From an uncultured virus (IMG/VR IMGVR_UViG_3300005918_000015) (taxonomy: Duplodnaviria; Heunggongvirae; Uroviricota; Caudoviricetes): 64,000 nt of DNA. The stretch lies in the IMG/VR virus record IMGVR_UViG_3300005918_000015. One strand, 5' to 3'. This document shows positions 25,135 to 34,821 of the stretch, piece after piece. Made by a program: the position numbers and the translations under genes. The first letter of the stretch is position 1; every line of letters starts with the position of its first letter. The notes under the pieces were generated by a model. It was not told the origin of the DNA. It searched no databases and saw only the letters and a list, made by a program, of their open reading frames with translations.

Positions 25135-25821
25135 ATGGATCTTAGTTGCACGACCCCGAAATATAATAAAATATATGCTCCTTGGCTGGCTAATCCAGGT
25201 AAGCTGTTGGATCTGGCCGAATACAAAGTCGGTGATACCCTATTGGATTTGGCCGGTGGGACAGGAGCTATATCTGAAGAAGCTTTACGGCGTATCCATC
25301 AAGAACGAGCCATTCTCAGATTTGATGAAGGTTTGTCTCTTTTGGATATGAACCCTCGTACAAAACATAACAGCATCAAAGTATCAAAAGGATATGTTGA
25401 GAACGTAGACAATATTTACATCAAAGATTCCTTTAATATCGTTGTCTGCCGTCAGGCCGTTGGTTATATTTATATGGATCAAGCCATTCCAGGCATCTGG
25501 AAGGTTCTAAAGTCCGGTGGGCGTTTCGTTTTCAACTCCTTCGGTAAACCCTCACGAACTAGATTCCGATATCACAAAACAAAAAACGGGGTAAGATTTG
25601 CTGAGTTCAGCCTACGAATAGAAGACCATGTTTTCCATATCCAAGCTCGACTCAATCAAAGACCTGGGATAGATTTCTCATGGTTTAAATACTGGTCTGC
25701 TAAAGAACTTCACGATCTTTTAATGCCGTGGTTCAAAGTAGATATTTTTCAGAAACATAATTCATTTAACTGGGTTTGTACTAAAAGAGATTTAGGGCTG
25801 CCCGCAAGGAGAAAAACATGA
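25135..25821 (+). CDS. Class I SAM-dependent methyltransferase
   Basis: LLDLAGGTG motif I, FNIVVC, VLKSGGRF. Confidence 0.85.
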   Translation: MDLSCTTPKYNKIYAPWLANPGKLLDLAEYKVGDTLLDLAGGTGAISEEALRRIHQERAILRFDEGLSLLDMNPRTKHNSIKVSKGYVENVDNIYIKDSFNIVVCRQAVGYIYMDQAIPGIWKVLKSGGRFVFNSFGKPSRTRFRYHKTKNGVRFAEFSLRIEDHVFHIQARLNQRPGIDFSWFKYWSAKELHDLLMPWFKVDIFQKHNSFNWVCTKRDLGLPARRKT

Positions 25822-26417
25822 ATAGTAGTATTGTAATAGGTGTTTTAATAACACTTGGGGTTCTTTTTGTTTGTTTTGAAGGTTTTATGGATAACAATCC
25901 TAAAAATCAGGAGAGCTCCGGGAGAATGGTTCCAACTGGCAAAGATGTGCCGTTTGTTAACAAACGGAATTGTATCGGATTACAAGAAACAGAAAATTCA
26001 AAAGAATCTGGATATCCTTGAAAAAGAAAAGGGTCAGATTATCTGGAATAAAAACCACACCAAATACGAAGCTGAGGTAACTCTGGATGCTTTGAAAGAA
26101 CAATACGAGGCATGGGCTTCGGGTAAATAGCCTAAGAGAGGTACAAGTATGTTGTCCCGTATAAATATGGTTGGAATGTCCCAAGTAGTTTTAGGCATAG
26201 CATATGATAATGAACAGGCTAATGAGGCATCTGATAAAGCAAGGGATGCCCTGAGCCTTCTTGAAAATCCTATGAACAAAGGGAAAGTCATAGAGATGAC
26301 ATGCTTCAACCTGAAGGACGAGAACATACATCGGAAGGCTTTCCAGATGAGACTGTCTACAGAACAGATGGAACGAGTTTTCTTTATCCGATATTTTTGA
26401 AACTGAGGAGACCTTAA

Positions 26418-26750
26418 ATGATAATTAGAATTGAGAAGTCAGGTAATAACTATCGAGCCTATATGAAGGACCTACCAGGAAGTCCTCCTGTTGGGACAGC
26501 TCAGACCCCAGAAAAAGCAGTGGCTGATATGTTTTTCAGGGTACTCCATCCTAATAACCAGAACCCTTGGACACAATACATAGACTTCAAAACTTTAGAA
26601 ATTGAAATGGTTACAGACCCTGGTGAAGATCAACAAACCTTCTGCCACATTTGCGGAGCAGAATGGCACGATAAAAACCCAGCCTGTCCGAACGTAGGTT
26701 GTTCTGATAATCAAGATTTGGAGCAGAGCTTTGATGCAAAAACTAACTGA
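26418..26750 (+). CDS. Hypothetical protein with HicB-like N-terminus and C-terminal Cys cluster
   Basis: YRAYMKDLPG..GTAQTPEKA; CHIC...CPNVGC; GAGGAG RBS. Confidence 0.6.
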   Translation: MIIRIEKSGNNYRAYMKDLPGSPPVGTAQTPEKAVADMFFRVLHPNNQNPWTQYIDFKTLEIEMVTDPGEDQQTFCHICGAEWHDKNPACPNVGCSDNQDLEQSFDAKTN

Positions 26751-27351
26751 TTCAGACCTTGTTTTTCAGGAGCACAAAGAAGAGGTTGTAGAATATCTGG
26801 TACACCGAGGATTCACCGTCAGGGAGGGAGCTGATGCTCTTACCCTTGTGGTCAGTAAAAACGAGCTGGAAATCCTAACATTTTGGTGGGACACTGAGAA
26901 AGAAGCCTGGAGTCCTTGGTTTATGGGTCCTCCTATCAGAACCCTGAAAGATCTCGATGTAGTTATAAACTCAGCCAATGCTAATGAGGAGACTCTCAGA
27001 TTAGTTGATAAAACTTGGGAGGTGTATCTCAACCATGAAAACGATGAAAATTGGATGAGTTATCTCGGTTCTCAATGTCCTTTTTACCAGAAGGCTAATA
27101 CTTGGGGTAGTATACTGGATGAAATGTCGGAGGATCTTGAGGCAATAAAAAAACTGGCACTTAAAGCAGCCGATATGTTGTGGAATCGAGGAAAAGGACA
27201 TTTAGGTTATATATCCCTGAACGACCCCTCCATGTCAATAAAACCAAAGACTCAAGGATTCACGGTAGATGACCTATTCCAAATGAACCAGAAGATATAT
27301 GACCTACTAGGAAAGATTGGATACCCTGAGAAGGAAAAGAAAAATGATTGA
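26731..27351 (+). CDS. Hypothetical protein
   Basis: 206-aa ORF, operon-packed. Confidence 0.7.
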   Translation: MMQKLTDSDLVFQEHKEEVVEYLVHRGFTVREGADALTLVVSKNELEILTFWWDTEKEAWSPWFMGPPIRTLKDLDVVINSANANEETLRLVDKTWEVYLNHENDENWMSYLGSQCPFYQKANTWGSILDEMSEDLEAIKKLALKAADMLWNRGKGHLGYISLNDPSMSIKPKTQGFTVDDLFQMNQKIYDLLGKIGYPEKEKKND

Positions 27352-27583
27352 CTTAACTAAAGGACAAACCTTGTTTCTCGACCAAATGACTCGAAAACTC
27401 TTGGTAGGTTGGTGTGACAAATCTCTCCAAGGTGTTCGTTTTATGGAAGTGACTGAGATCGAAACTAAGAAAGAACATAAAGTTTATTTAGAATACGCTC
27501 AAAAGAAAGGTTTTGTCTCTGCTGATGGAACCCGTATTCTTGCCAAAGGGTGGCAAGCTGCCACCAGTTTTCTTAAACGATAG
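27344..27583 (+). CDS. Hypothetical protein
   Basis: AAGGA RBS before ATG 27344. Confidence 0.7.
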   Translation: MIDLTKGQTLFLDQMTRKLLVGWCDKSLQGVRFMEVTEIETKKEHKVYLEYAQKKGFVSADGTRILAKGWQAATSFLKR

Positions 27584-27593
27584 GAGAAGTACT

Positions 27594-27875
27594 ATGAACA
27601 AGATGCTTAAGAAAGACCTGTTAGCCGATCTGGCCACGACAACTAACATGAGCCAAACTCAAGTTGATGCCGTCCTGACCAGCTTGGCCAAACTTGTTGC
27701 CACGCAAACTCTCGAAAACGACACTGCCGTTGTTATCATGGGTTTGGGGACATTCACACCGAACTTCAAGAAAGCACGTACTGGCCGTAATCCTGCTACA
27801 GGAGCACCTCTGCAAATTGCAGCCAAGACCGTTATCAAGTTCAAGCCCGTTGCAAGTCTGGTCAAAGCCGGTTAA
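27594..27875 (+). CDS. hup: HU/IHF-family DNA-binding protein
   Basis: GLGTF..KKARTGRNPATGAPLQIAAKTVIKFKP; AGGAG RBS. Confidence 0.95.
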   Translation: MNKMLKKDLLADLATTTNMSQTQVDAVLTSLAKLVATQTLENDTAVVIMGLGTFTPNFKKARTGRNPATGAPLQIAAKTVIKFKPVASLVKAG

Positions 27876-27894
27876 CACGCCTTTCCAGTTCTAA

Positions 27895-27930
27895 ACCCAC
27901 AGGCAGTCTAATCTGCCTGTGGGTATTTTT
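27895..27930 (+). terminator. Intrinsic terminator after the HU gene
   Basis: ACCCACAGGCAG-TCTAAT-CTGCCTGTGGGT followed by ATTTTT. Confidence 0.85.
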
Positions 27931-28396
27931 GGAGAAAATGGTTATGATAGCCTTTATTACAGAAATACTTACGACAAAAATATACCCTTATGCCTTACCT
28001 TATCTATTGATCATTATGGCTATGGTTGTAGCCAAGATCATAATGTACAGATCCAAAAAACCCCAAACGGGTGTTGAATGCATTACAAAAGAACGGCAGT
28101 TTCAAAAGAACATTGGGTTTAATGATAAACATGATGATACTCAGATTCAAAGAGAACTTGTCCAGCTTGGGGTGGCATATGCATCCCACGGAGTCCCTAT
28201 GAAATCCTATGAGCCAGAGTTATGGGACGGGGTTGGGTTTTTCCCAAATGGTTGGGATTATTCCCTATGGAATCCCTCTGAAGTAGACCCTAAAGACATG
28301 ACTATCGATGGCCGTATCCGACATCTGACTATTGCAGGTGCTTTAATGGCAGCTGAAATTGATAGACTCGAACGCCAAAAGAAAAAACAAATCTAA
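27929..28396 (+). CDS. Hypothetical phage protein with N-terminal TM segment
   Basis: ERQFQ..HDD..GALMAAEIDRLER pattern. Confidence 0.7.
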   Translation: MEKMVMIAFITEILTTKIYPYALPYLLIIMAMVVAKIIMYRSKKPQTGVECITKERQFQKNIGFNDKHDDTQIQRELVQLGVAYASHGVPMKSYEPELWDGVGFFPNGWDYSLWNPSEVDPKDMTIDGRIRHLTIAGALMAAEIDRLERQKKKQI

Positions 28397-28430
28397 CACC
28401 AAACCTTCAGAAACGAAATAGGTTCATTAT

Positions 28431-28946
28431 ATGATTGACTTAGTAGTGATGGATCTTTCTGATGATAAAGTGTTAGACATAATGGCAACCTACAGTAAAA
28501 CCATTCTACATAAGATGTTCCGTAATGGAATGCAGTTGATGTCCGAACTTACCAGTGAACAATGCATTCAGGATAACTGTCCCGGACTCTGCTGTTCCCC
28601 AGAACAATGTGAAATTGTAAAAAATGATTTAGATGGCCAAGGGGTAAAGTATGAAACAGGCACCGACCCACGGATGCCCTTCTTGACCGAAACTGGTTGT
28701 ATCTTAGAACCTTGGCAAAGGCCAATATGCACTTTACATATTTGTGATAAGCTTCTTGTGGTTGATACAGAGTTCTACGACAGATATTTTCATCTTCGGT
28801 CAAACTTGGATCTTTTAATGTATTTGCTAGATGAGGATGATGAATGTCTGAAAAAACAAATATGCAGTTGGCCAAAGCCCTCCGAATCATCGGAAACCTC
28901 CTCAAAGGGAATTCAGGATCTGATAAAAAAGCTGAAGAATTTCTAA
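28431..28946 (+). CDS. Cys-rich putative Zn/Fe-chelating protein (CxxxCxxxCC)
   Basis: CIQDNCPGLCC...GCIL..RPICTLHIC. Confidence 0.7.
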   Translation: MIDLVVMDLSDDKVLDIMATYSKTILHKMFRNGMQLMSELTSEQCIQDNCPGLCCSPEQCEIVKNDLDGQGVKYETGTDPRMPFLTETGCILEPWQRPICTLHICDKLLVVDTEFYDRYFHLRSNLDLLMYLLDEDDECLKKQICSWPKPSESSETSSKGIQDLIKKLKNF

Positions 28947-29045
28947 AAAGTGTTGAATCTCACGAAATCTTATTGAATCCGCTGGAGACGACTACAACAG
29001 TAAAACCACACTGGTTCCAAAGCAATTCTATTTGGGGGAACACCG

Positions 29046-29411
29046 ATGGCAAATAAAGGATACTACACAATTATCCAATATATCCCTGACCAAGGACGAC
29101 TCGAATCTGTCAATATAGGTGTTGTCTTGGTTATTCCTGATCTGGAGTATGTTGGGGTTTCTTCAGGCTACCCAAATAGCTATCATAGAGCTCATGCATT
29201 TTTCCCTGATGTAGATTTAAGCTGGTTATCAACAGCTATGGACAGTTTGACTAATAGAATACGTATAACATCCCCCACAAAGCTCGAATTTGGCTCTCTA
29301 ATCAACACTAGAGCCAATGAACTCAGAATGACACCCCTTCGGGCTATGAAGGTCATAGAGAAGCCCTCAGAAGCTCTGAAGAAACTCAAAGCAGAACTCG
29401 TTGATGTCTAA
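29046..29411 (+). CDS. DUF3037-like protein
   Basis: YYTIIQYIPDQGRLESVNIGVVL N-terminal signature. Confidence 0.75.
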   Translation: MANKGYYTIIQYIPDQGRLESVNIGVVLVIPDLEYVGVSSGYPNSYHRAHAFFPDVDLSWLSTAMDSLTNRIRITSPTKLEFGSLINTRANELRMTPLRAMKVIEKPSEALKKLKAELVDV

Positions 29412-29456
29412 CCAATAAAAATATCTCTCCTTAAAATTTAGGGTAAATAACATCAC

Positions 29457-29491
29457 GGCTTAGTTTTCGTTTCCCGTGGGTTGTTGAAGTG
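29457..29491 (+). promoter_or_regulatory. 35-bp phage promoter-like element
   Basis: GGCTTAGTTTT-N8-GTGGGTTGTTGAAGTG. Confidence 0.75.
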
Positions 29492-29742
29492 TAAAGAGTT
29501 CAGTAACTCAAAAATAAGGTTTTGATATGAAAGACCCTTTTAAAATTAACCCTTTCGGAAATTTAACCGATCAGGAACAGAAAGCTTATAACAATATACG
29601 CCTATACCAAGAGAATGGTTGGTTTATAGCAAGCTGGATTCCCGGAGGTGTTAGTGGCCGATTGATTGATAACGGTAAAAATGAGACACAAACTATGAAA
29701 GATGCTATTAAAAAAGCCATTGATTTAGGATTAATATAGGAG

Positions 29743-30390
29743 ATGGACATGAGAAGTATAAAAATACGTGACCCTTTGGTATTGGAATGTATTGAATACA
29801 TGAAAAGAATGCACGAAGGACAGGTCAGAAGGGTTAACAAAACACCCTTCTATATTCATCCTCTCAGGGTCCTTGAGCTTCTGGAAGAAGCACCGTTCTT
29901 TTTCTCAGCCCGTGACAAATGTGCTGCCCTACTTCATGACGTGAAAGAAGACAGCCCCCTATTCTCGTGGGACGAGATTGTGGACAAATTCAGTCCGTGG
30001 GTGGCCGGTGTAGTTGCCCTGCTTTCCAAAGCAAAACTAGGTGAAACACAACCCGCTGTCTATTTCCATATGCTCCGGCATACCCATCCTAACATTATTG
30101 CAATCAAGATATGTGACCGTATCAGTAATACTGAGGATTTCAATATTATCACGGATGCTGTTTGGTTGGAGAAATACCTCTCTGAAACAATAGAACTCGT
30201 ACATCCCCTGATTCAACTACTGGTTGCCCGTGGAAGTATGATGTCTCCACAAGGTTACTTCAAATTGGGAGTCTGGCTTGAGAAAAAACTTCAACATAAC
30301 CTACACGGTATGCAAGTCCGACTCAGAGAACTCCAAGTTGTTGAAATGGAAAAAGAAATACAAAAAGCAGACCCTTCGGACAAGAAATAG
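29743..30390 (+). CDS. HD-domain hydrolase, RelA/SpoT small alarmone hydrolase (Mesh1-like)
   Basis: HEGQVRR..PFYIHPLRV, AALLHDVKED, IKICDRISN. Confidence 0.85.
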   Translation: MDMRSIKIRDPLVLECIEYMKRMHEGQVRRVNKTPFYIHPLRVLELLEEAPFFFSARDKCAALLHDVKEDSPLFSWDEIVDKFSPWVAGVVALLSKAKLGETQPAVYFHMLRHTHPNIIAIKICDRISNTEDFNIITDAVWLEKYLSETIELVHPLIQLLVARGSMMSPQGYFKLGVWLEKKLQHNLHGMQVRLRELQVVEMEKEIQKADPSDKK

Positions 30391-30615
30391 GACTCATTAT
30401 TGACCCTATAAGCTGCTTTTAGGAAAGGTTACGATAAACCTTTAGACTATAAATCTCTATTCAGGAGATATATTTATCTTAAACTCAACCCTTCACATTT
30501 CAATGCCGCATCCCCCAACATTGGGGGATGCCCATAGTTTTATGCTTGAGCCTCTTTTAACTACCGCCACTCAGGACCTCTCCAGAACCCCCACCGATCT
30601 CAACTGAGATTCACA

Positions 30616-30759
30616 ATGTATTGTTGGATACAAATGATGCCCTTATGGGTACAGGCCACTATTCTTATCGGGATCACCGGATTTTTATTCGGCTCGATTC
30701 GTTGGTTTTTTAACCTAATTACACCCCCAAAGAAAAAATCCGCAAGGGGTAAGAAATAA
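30616..30759 (+). CDS. Small single-TM peptide with basic tail (47 aa)
   Basis: MYCWIQMMPLWVQATILIGITGFLFGSIRWFFNLITPPKKKSARGKK; too short to appear in the ORF track. Confidence 0.45.
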   Translation: MYCWIQMMPLWVQATILIGITGFLFGSIRWFFNLITPPKKKSARGKK

Positions 30760-30880
30760 GAGTTAAATCTTATTTTGGCAGATTATCTGCCAATTGGGGA
30801 AAGCAAAGAGTTTTCAAAGACTTAGGTCTTCTCAGCTCTTAGTGTCCTGCCCACTCCTGGGCAGTGTGACTTTTAGGCAT

Positions 30881-30920
30881 AAAAAAACGGCCAAAACCCC
30901 CAGTTAGGGATTTTGACCGT
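30881..30920 (-). terminator. Intrinsic terminator
   Basis: ACGGTCAAAATCCC...GGGGTTTTGGCCGT followed by a T run, after gene 30942. Confidence 0.7.
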
Positions 30921-30941
30921 GTGTGTGTTAAGGAGTTTGGT

Positions 30942-31484
30942 TTACAGTACTTTACGAATGCTCCCGCCCGATATCTTCAAAGCCCCGGGTGCTATTTTCT
31001 TAATAGAAGCTAAGATGGAAACCACTACAGCATCATAAGGTTTTCGAGCAGTCTTACAAAAAGCAAAAGCATTGGTGGTTTCTTTTTGCATGTAGAAAGA
31101 CTCATGAGAAAGATCATCTGGACCATCTGGACCGATATATTTCTTATTACCGTTCAGAGAGATAAGTTTATTATTCAGGATAGGTTTGCCTGTACCGAAA
31201 GGTCCGAAAATCTGAATGCCATCAAGAGCAATTTCTTCATCGTAATAATCCCCAGAAGGTGCTTTCAATTTTGTTGTTCTAGCAGCTTTGGCAATGATCT
31301 GTTTTGACACCTGTATGATCTTAGACCATTCCTGATCGGTAAAAGGACGGAGGATATCCCAATAATGGGTGTAACCTGCCTGCTTGGTCGTTGAGGTTTC
31401 TTTCAAAATCGGGACTAAATGTTCCCGGATACCGTCAGGATTGTCGTTGGCTAATTTTACTAATTTGTTTCGTAAGTTACTCAT
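30942..31484 (-). CDS. Hypothetical protein, paralog of 31489..32397
   Basis: Starts MSNLRNKLVKLANDNPDGIREHLVPILK; shares GYTHY, FTDQEWSKII and FCKT..PYDAV. Confidence 0.8.
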   Translation of the reverse strand: MSNLRNKLVKLANDNPDGIREHLVPILKETSTTKQAGYTHYWDILRPFTDQEWSKIIQVSKQIIAKAARTTKLKAPSGDYYDEEIALDGIQIFGPFGTGKPILNNKLISLNGNKKYIGPDGPDDLSHESFYMQKETTNAFAFCKTARKPYDAVVVSILASIKKIAPGALKISGGSIRKVL

Positions 31485-31488
31485 AGTG

Positions 31489-32814
31489 TTACCCTTCCAA
31501 GGCTTTATCAAAAAATTTGGCAATATTTAAAGAAGTTGCTGCCTGTGTAGACAGTTTAACTTTTTCATCTACATATTTTCCAAATGCTGTTAGGTTCACA
31601 GTGTTATTATCATAATTGGGGAAAACACCCAATGTGATTTTCACAATATCAACCTTCGTATGGATATACAACCGAGGTATCCTGACTTCAATACTTAATA
31701 TTTTCACAGGAGTATGCATCTTGGTTATGATTGTTTTAGCCATGTCGTTCATCATTTTCTCATAAGAACCGAGAATTGTCTCACCACCAGCATAAATGCG
31801 TTTAATGGCACTCGATCCACCATCAGATGACACCCTCACTGACTTAGGAGCTATCTTCTTAATTGCTGCCAAAATAGAAACTATGACAGCATCATAAGGA
31901 CGCTGTTCAGTTTTGCAGAATTCATTCTGCTCTGTCGGGTACTTGGATACAAGAAAACCCTCATACTGGTCATCAGTAGAACGATCACCGTTTATTAAAA
32001 TCTCCTTATTCGTCAAGATCGGTGACCCTGTACCCATCCCATTACGAATGATAATCCCGTCTTTTTTAGCTTTTCCGATTATCTGTTTTGTAACCCGAAT
32101 AATCTTAGACCACTCTTGATCAGTGAAAGGCTCTGTCCAATGATGTTCTGGAGTTGTTTGATACTCCAAGTAGTGAGTGTAACCGGCCTGCTTGGCCATT
32201 GAAGCCTCTTTAGGCTCTCCTACAGGACCGTCACCGTTGGCATCTCCGTTGGCATCTCCCTTGCCTTTACCCTTGGATTTTGTTTTGTTGCCTGGATCGG
32301 CACATTCAGCACTCTTTAACAAAGGAACCAAATGCTCCCGAATACCATCAGGGTTATCGTTGGCTAATTTTACTAATTTTTCTCTTAAATTACTCATAGT
32401 GTTTCCTTCTTTTTGTCGAGGTCTTTTTAGAAAAATCTTTAAATGCTTTATCAAACCACGGGCAATCTTCTGACCTGTAGCATCTGTTAAATTATTAAAC
32501 GATAAAACATACTTATCTGATTTCTCAACCCCATACCGTTTATCAGCTATATTAGCATGTATCTCAATGTCATTAAGACTCAAATCCTGATGAAAAGAAT
32601 TCAAATGGTATGCAATGCTAAATAGAAAATGACCGTGAGTAGCATCATAACCCTTAGCTACCATCTGAAACATAATCTTATTCTCAAGATAATTGTTTGC
32701 AAAATCAAAATGAGTCACTTTACCATAGGAACGTAAAGCTTTCTGAACCTGTACCCAGACATGCTTCACAACCTGCTTTGTAACAAAATTCATTTTAAAA
32801 GCGGACCTATCCAT
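31489..32814 (-). CDS. Multi-module hypothetical protein with an internal RBS/ATG at 32397
   Basis: Internal MSNLREKLVKLANDNPDGIREHLVPLLK is preceded by AAGGAAACACT. Confidence 0.75.
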   Translation of the reverse strand: MDRSAFKMNFVTKQVVKHVWVQVQKALRSYGKVTHFDFANNYLENKIMFQMVAKGYDATHGHFLFSIAYHLNSFHQDLSLNDIEIHANIADKRYGVEKSDKYVLSFNNLTDATGQKIARGLIKHLKIFLKRPRQKEGNTMSNLREKLVKLANDNPDGIREHLVPLLKSAECADPGNKTKSKGKGKGDANGDANGDGPVGEPKEASMAKQAGYTHYLEYQTTPEHHWTEPFTDQEWSKIIRVTKQIIGKAKKDGIIIRNGMGTGSPILTNKEILINGDRSTDDQYEGFLVSKYPTEQNEFCKTEQRPYDAVIVSILAAIKKIAPKSVRVSSDGGSSAIKRIYAGGETILGSYEKMMNDMAKTIITKMHTPVKILSIEVRIPRLYIHTKVDIVKITLGVFPNYDNNTVNLTAFGKYVDEKVKLSTQAATSLNIAKFFDKALEG

Positions 32815-32817
32815 AAC

Positions 32818-33264
32818 TTATAAACCCCATACCTTTTTAGTTAACTGTCTGACTTGTAATCGAACCGCCTCAGATATATCAGCAAGACCCCAATTCTTAT
32901 CTATCAAATAAGACATCGGATAATTCTCAACATCTTCAACATTCCGGCCATGATGATAATCACGAATCCTAATGGTAATTTTGACACCCCTCCCATCAAA
33001 CAACCATGTGGCACTGATAATAGAAGGAATCTTACCGGTATCCAGCTCTAAACTCCAAATCCAACCATTAGCTAACTTGATAGTCTTCAAGTCATCAAAG
33101 CCAATGTCTTCAAATACCTTGAACAACATTCGATTATTAATTACAGAATACAAATCCTTCTCAGCCTTAACAAAACCACGGCTAAGGAGCTCTGATAAAT
33201 GATCTGACATACCATTAGAGGAAGAACTCAGGATAGTCTTGTAATCTTGTATAGATAAACTCAT
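32818..33264 (-). CDS. Hypothetical protein
   Basis: AAGGAG RBS; MSLSIQDYK start resembles the neighbour's MLPISEYQK. Confidence 0.7.
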   Translation of the reverse strand: MSLSIQDYKTILSSSSNGMSDHLSELLSRGFVKAEKDLYSVINNRMLFKVFEDIGFDDLKTIKLANGWIWSLELDTGKIPSIISATWLFDGRGVKITIRIRDYHHGRNVEDVENYPMSYLIDKNWGLADISEAVRLQVRQLTKKVWGL

Positions 33265-33268
33265 TTTA

Positions 33269-33649
33269 TTACTCCTTCAAAGCCTCTACAGTAGCACGTA
33301 TAACATGATTAACTATGGTCTCGGCCATAGCAGCCGGAGGGATATTATAATCAATCTTGAAGTCAGGAAGCTTCTCTTTGGAAATACCCTTAACTTCTCC
33401 CCGGAACTGGACGAACCCAGTTGCAGTAAAATAATGTAAAATAACATCAACAGACTCAGAACCCAATTTCAACGTGAAACCTAACCGGCTATTAAGCAGA
33501 GCCGTCAATTTCACAAGAGATACTTTACGGTCACGCCTGAGTTCCATTCCTATAAACGGCCATAGTGTCTTGTCAACAAACTCAGGATACATATCCACAA
33601 AAGGTGCATCCCGAACTGCCAGTTTTTGATATTCACTTATAGGTAACAT
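33269..33649 (-). CDS. Hypothetical protein
   Basis: AAGGAG RBS. Confidence 0.7.
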   Translation of the reverse strand: MLPISEYQKLAVRDAPFVDMYPEFVDKTLWPFIGMELRRDRKVSLVKLTALLNSRLGFTLKLGSESVDVILHYFTATGFVQFRGEVKGISKEKLPDFKIDYNIPPAAMAETIVNHVIRATVEALKE

Positions 33650-34349
33650 CTCAGGTTACTCCTTACAAAATATAAGACTTCCTACCAAAGGGTATCCTAT
33701 AAGGGAAAAATTGCCAATAGAATAATACACCAACCCTCATATTTATAGTTAGGGAAAAAACTCGTATTACAGGTATTCAAAGAAACACTCCGCCGCCGGG
33801 AAAAATTAGTTCAAAATAAAAATCGAATATACGATATCACAAATCCCGTTTCAAAAAAGCTCTCATATAAAGGGCCCTTCTCTAAGGGAACCTTAGTCTA
33901 TTGATTCTCTCCTGCAACTCATTCCATTCTTCTTCCTCAGTAGGGTCGTCAGGATTCCAAGGGTTCTCCATCCTACAGTATGCCTTCTCATATTCTTCTG
34001 GGGAACGGTCTGGTATCTTAAACATATCTACACCTCCTGTATAGTATACGATCATAGAACGGATTCGTGACAAACAAAGGGGATTCCAATACCCCATTTC
34101 AATGTTGGTCCTCCGTTTTCAATGCACATCCAATACGCGTTTTTGAGGGGGTCGGTACTTTCTTCGAAATTTACTAATCGGTTATACAGATGTGACCGGG
34201 TGGGGTCTCCAGAGAGGGGTGTTGTTATCACAGTTATAACTCAGAGGGATAGGTTGTTTTCAGGTTGTTTTCAGGTTGGTCACTTACAACTTGGGTTGAA
34301 GGACCGACCAACCTACGGATTTTTTCCCTAGCTATCAATGAGTGCTCCA

Positions 34350-34595
34350 TCACCACCCTGCTTGGTGTTCTTCACAAATGCAGTGACAGGAGCAAAACTC
34401 TCCTGCCCGTTCTTTCTTTACACAGTCTGTTATAGGATAGAACAAATGTTTACAGTGGGGACATGTCACACTGGTGTCCTCTGTAGCTTCGGTTACAGTG
34501 AACCACTGATTACACTCAGGACACTTGACCATGATGTTCCCAGTTTCTGATATTGCTGTCGGTACTAAGACTGTCTCTTGATCCATATTAATCAA
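34350..34595 (-). CDS. Small Cys-rich zinc-ribbon protein
   Basis: CPEC, CPHC, CSCHCIC. Confidence 0.6.
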   Translation of the reverse strand: MINMDQETVLVPTAISETGNIMVKCPECNQWFTVTEATEDTSVTCPHCKHLFYPITDCVKKERAGEFCSCHCICEEHQAGW

Positions 34596-34821
34596 CCCTC
34601 TCTGTTTCGACCTGGATACCGTGCTGTCTCATTTCTTCCTCCAAGGCTATGATGTTGTGGTACGGACACTGCTCCCCTGGACTCCATCCCATACAGGATC
34701 TGTTGGCTGCCTTGCATGGTGGGGTAGTCCCCCTGACTCCAAGGGTCTGCTACCCAATCGTTCGGTACATGTCCGCAATATTTACAGTTGTCTGCCAGTA
34801 GGCATTGATGCTTCGACATGG

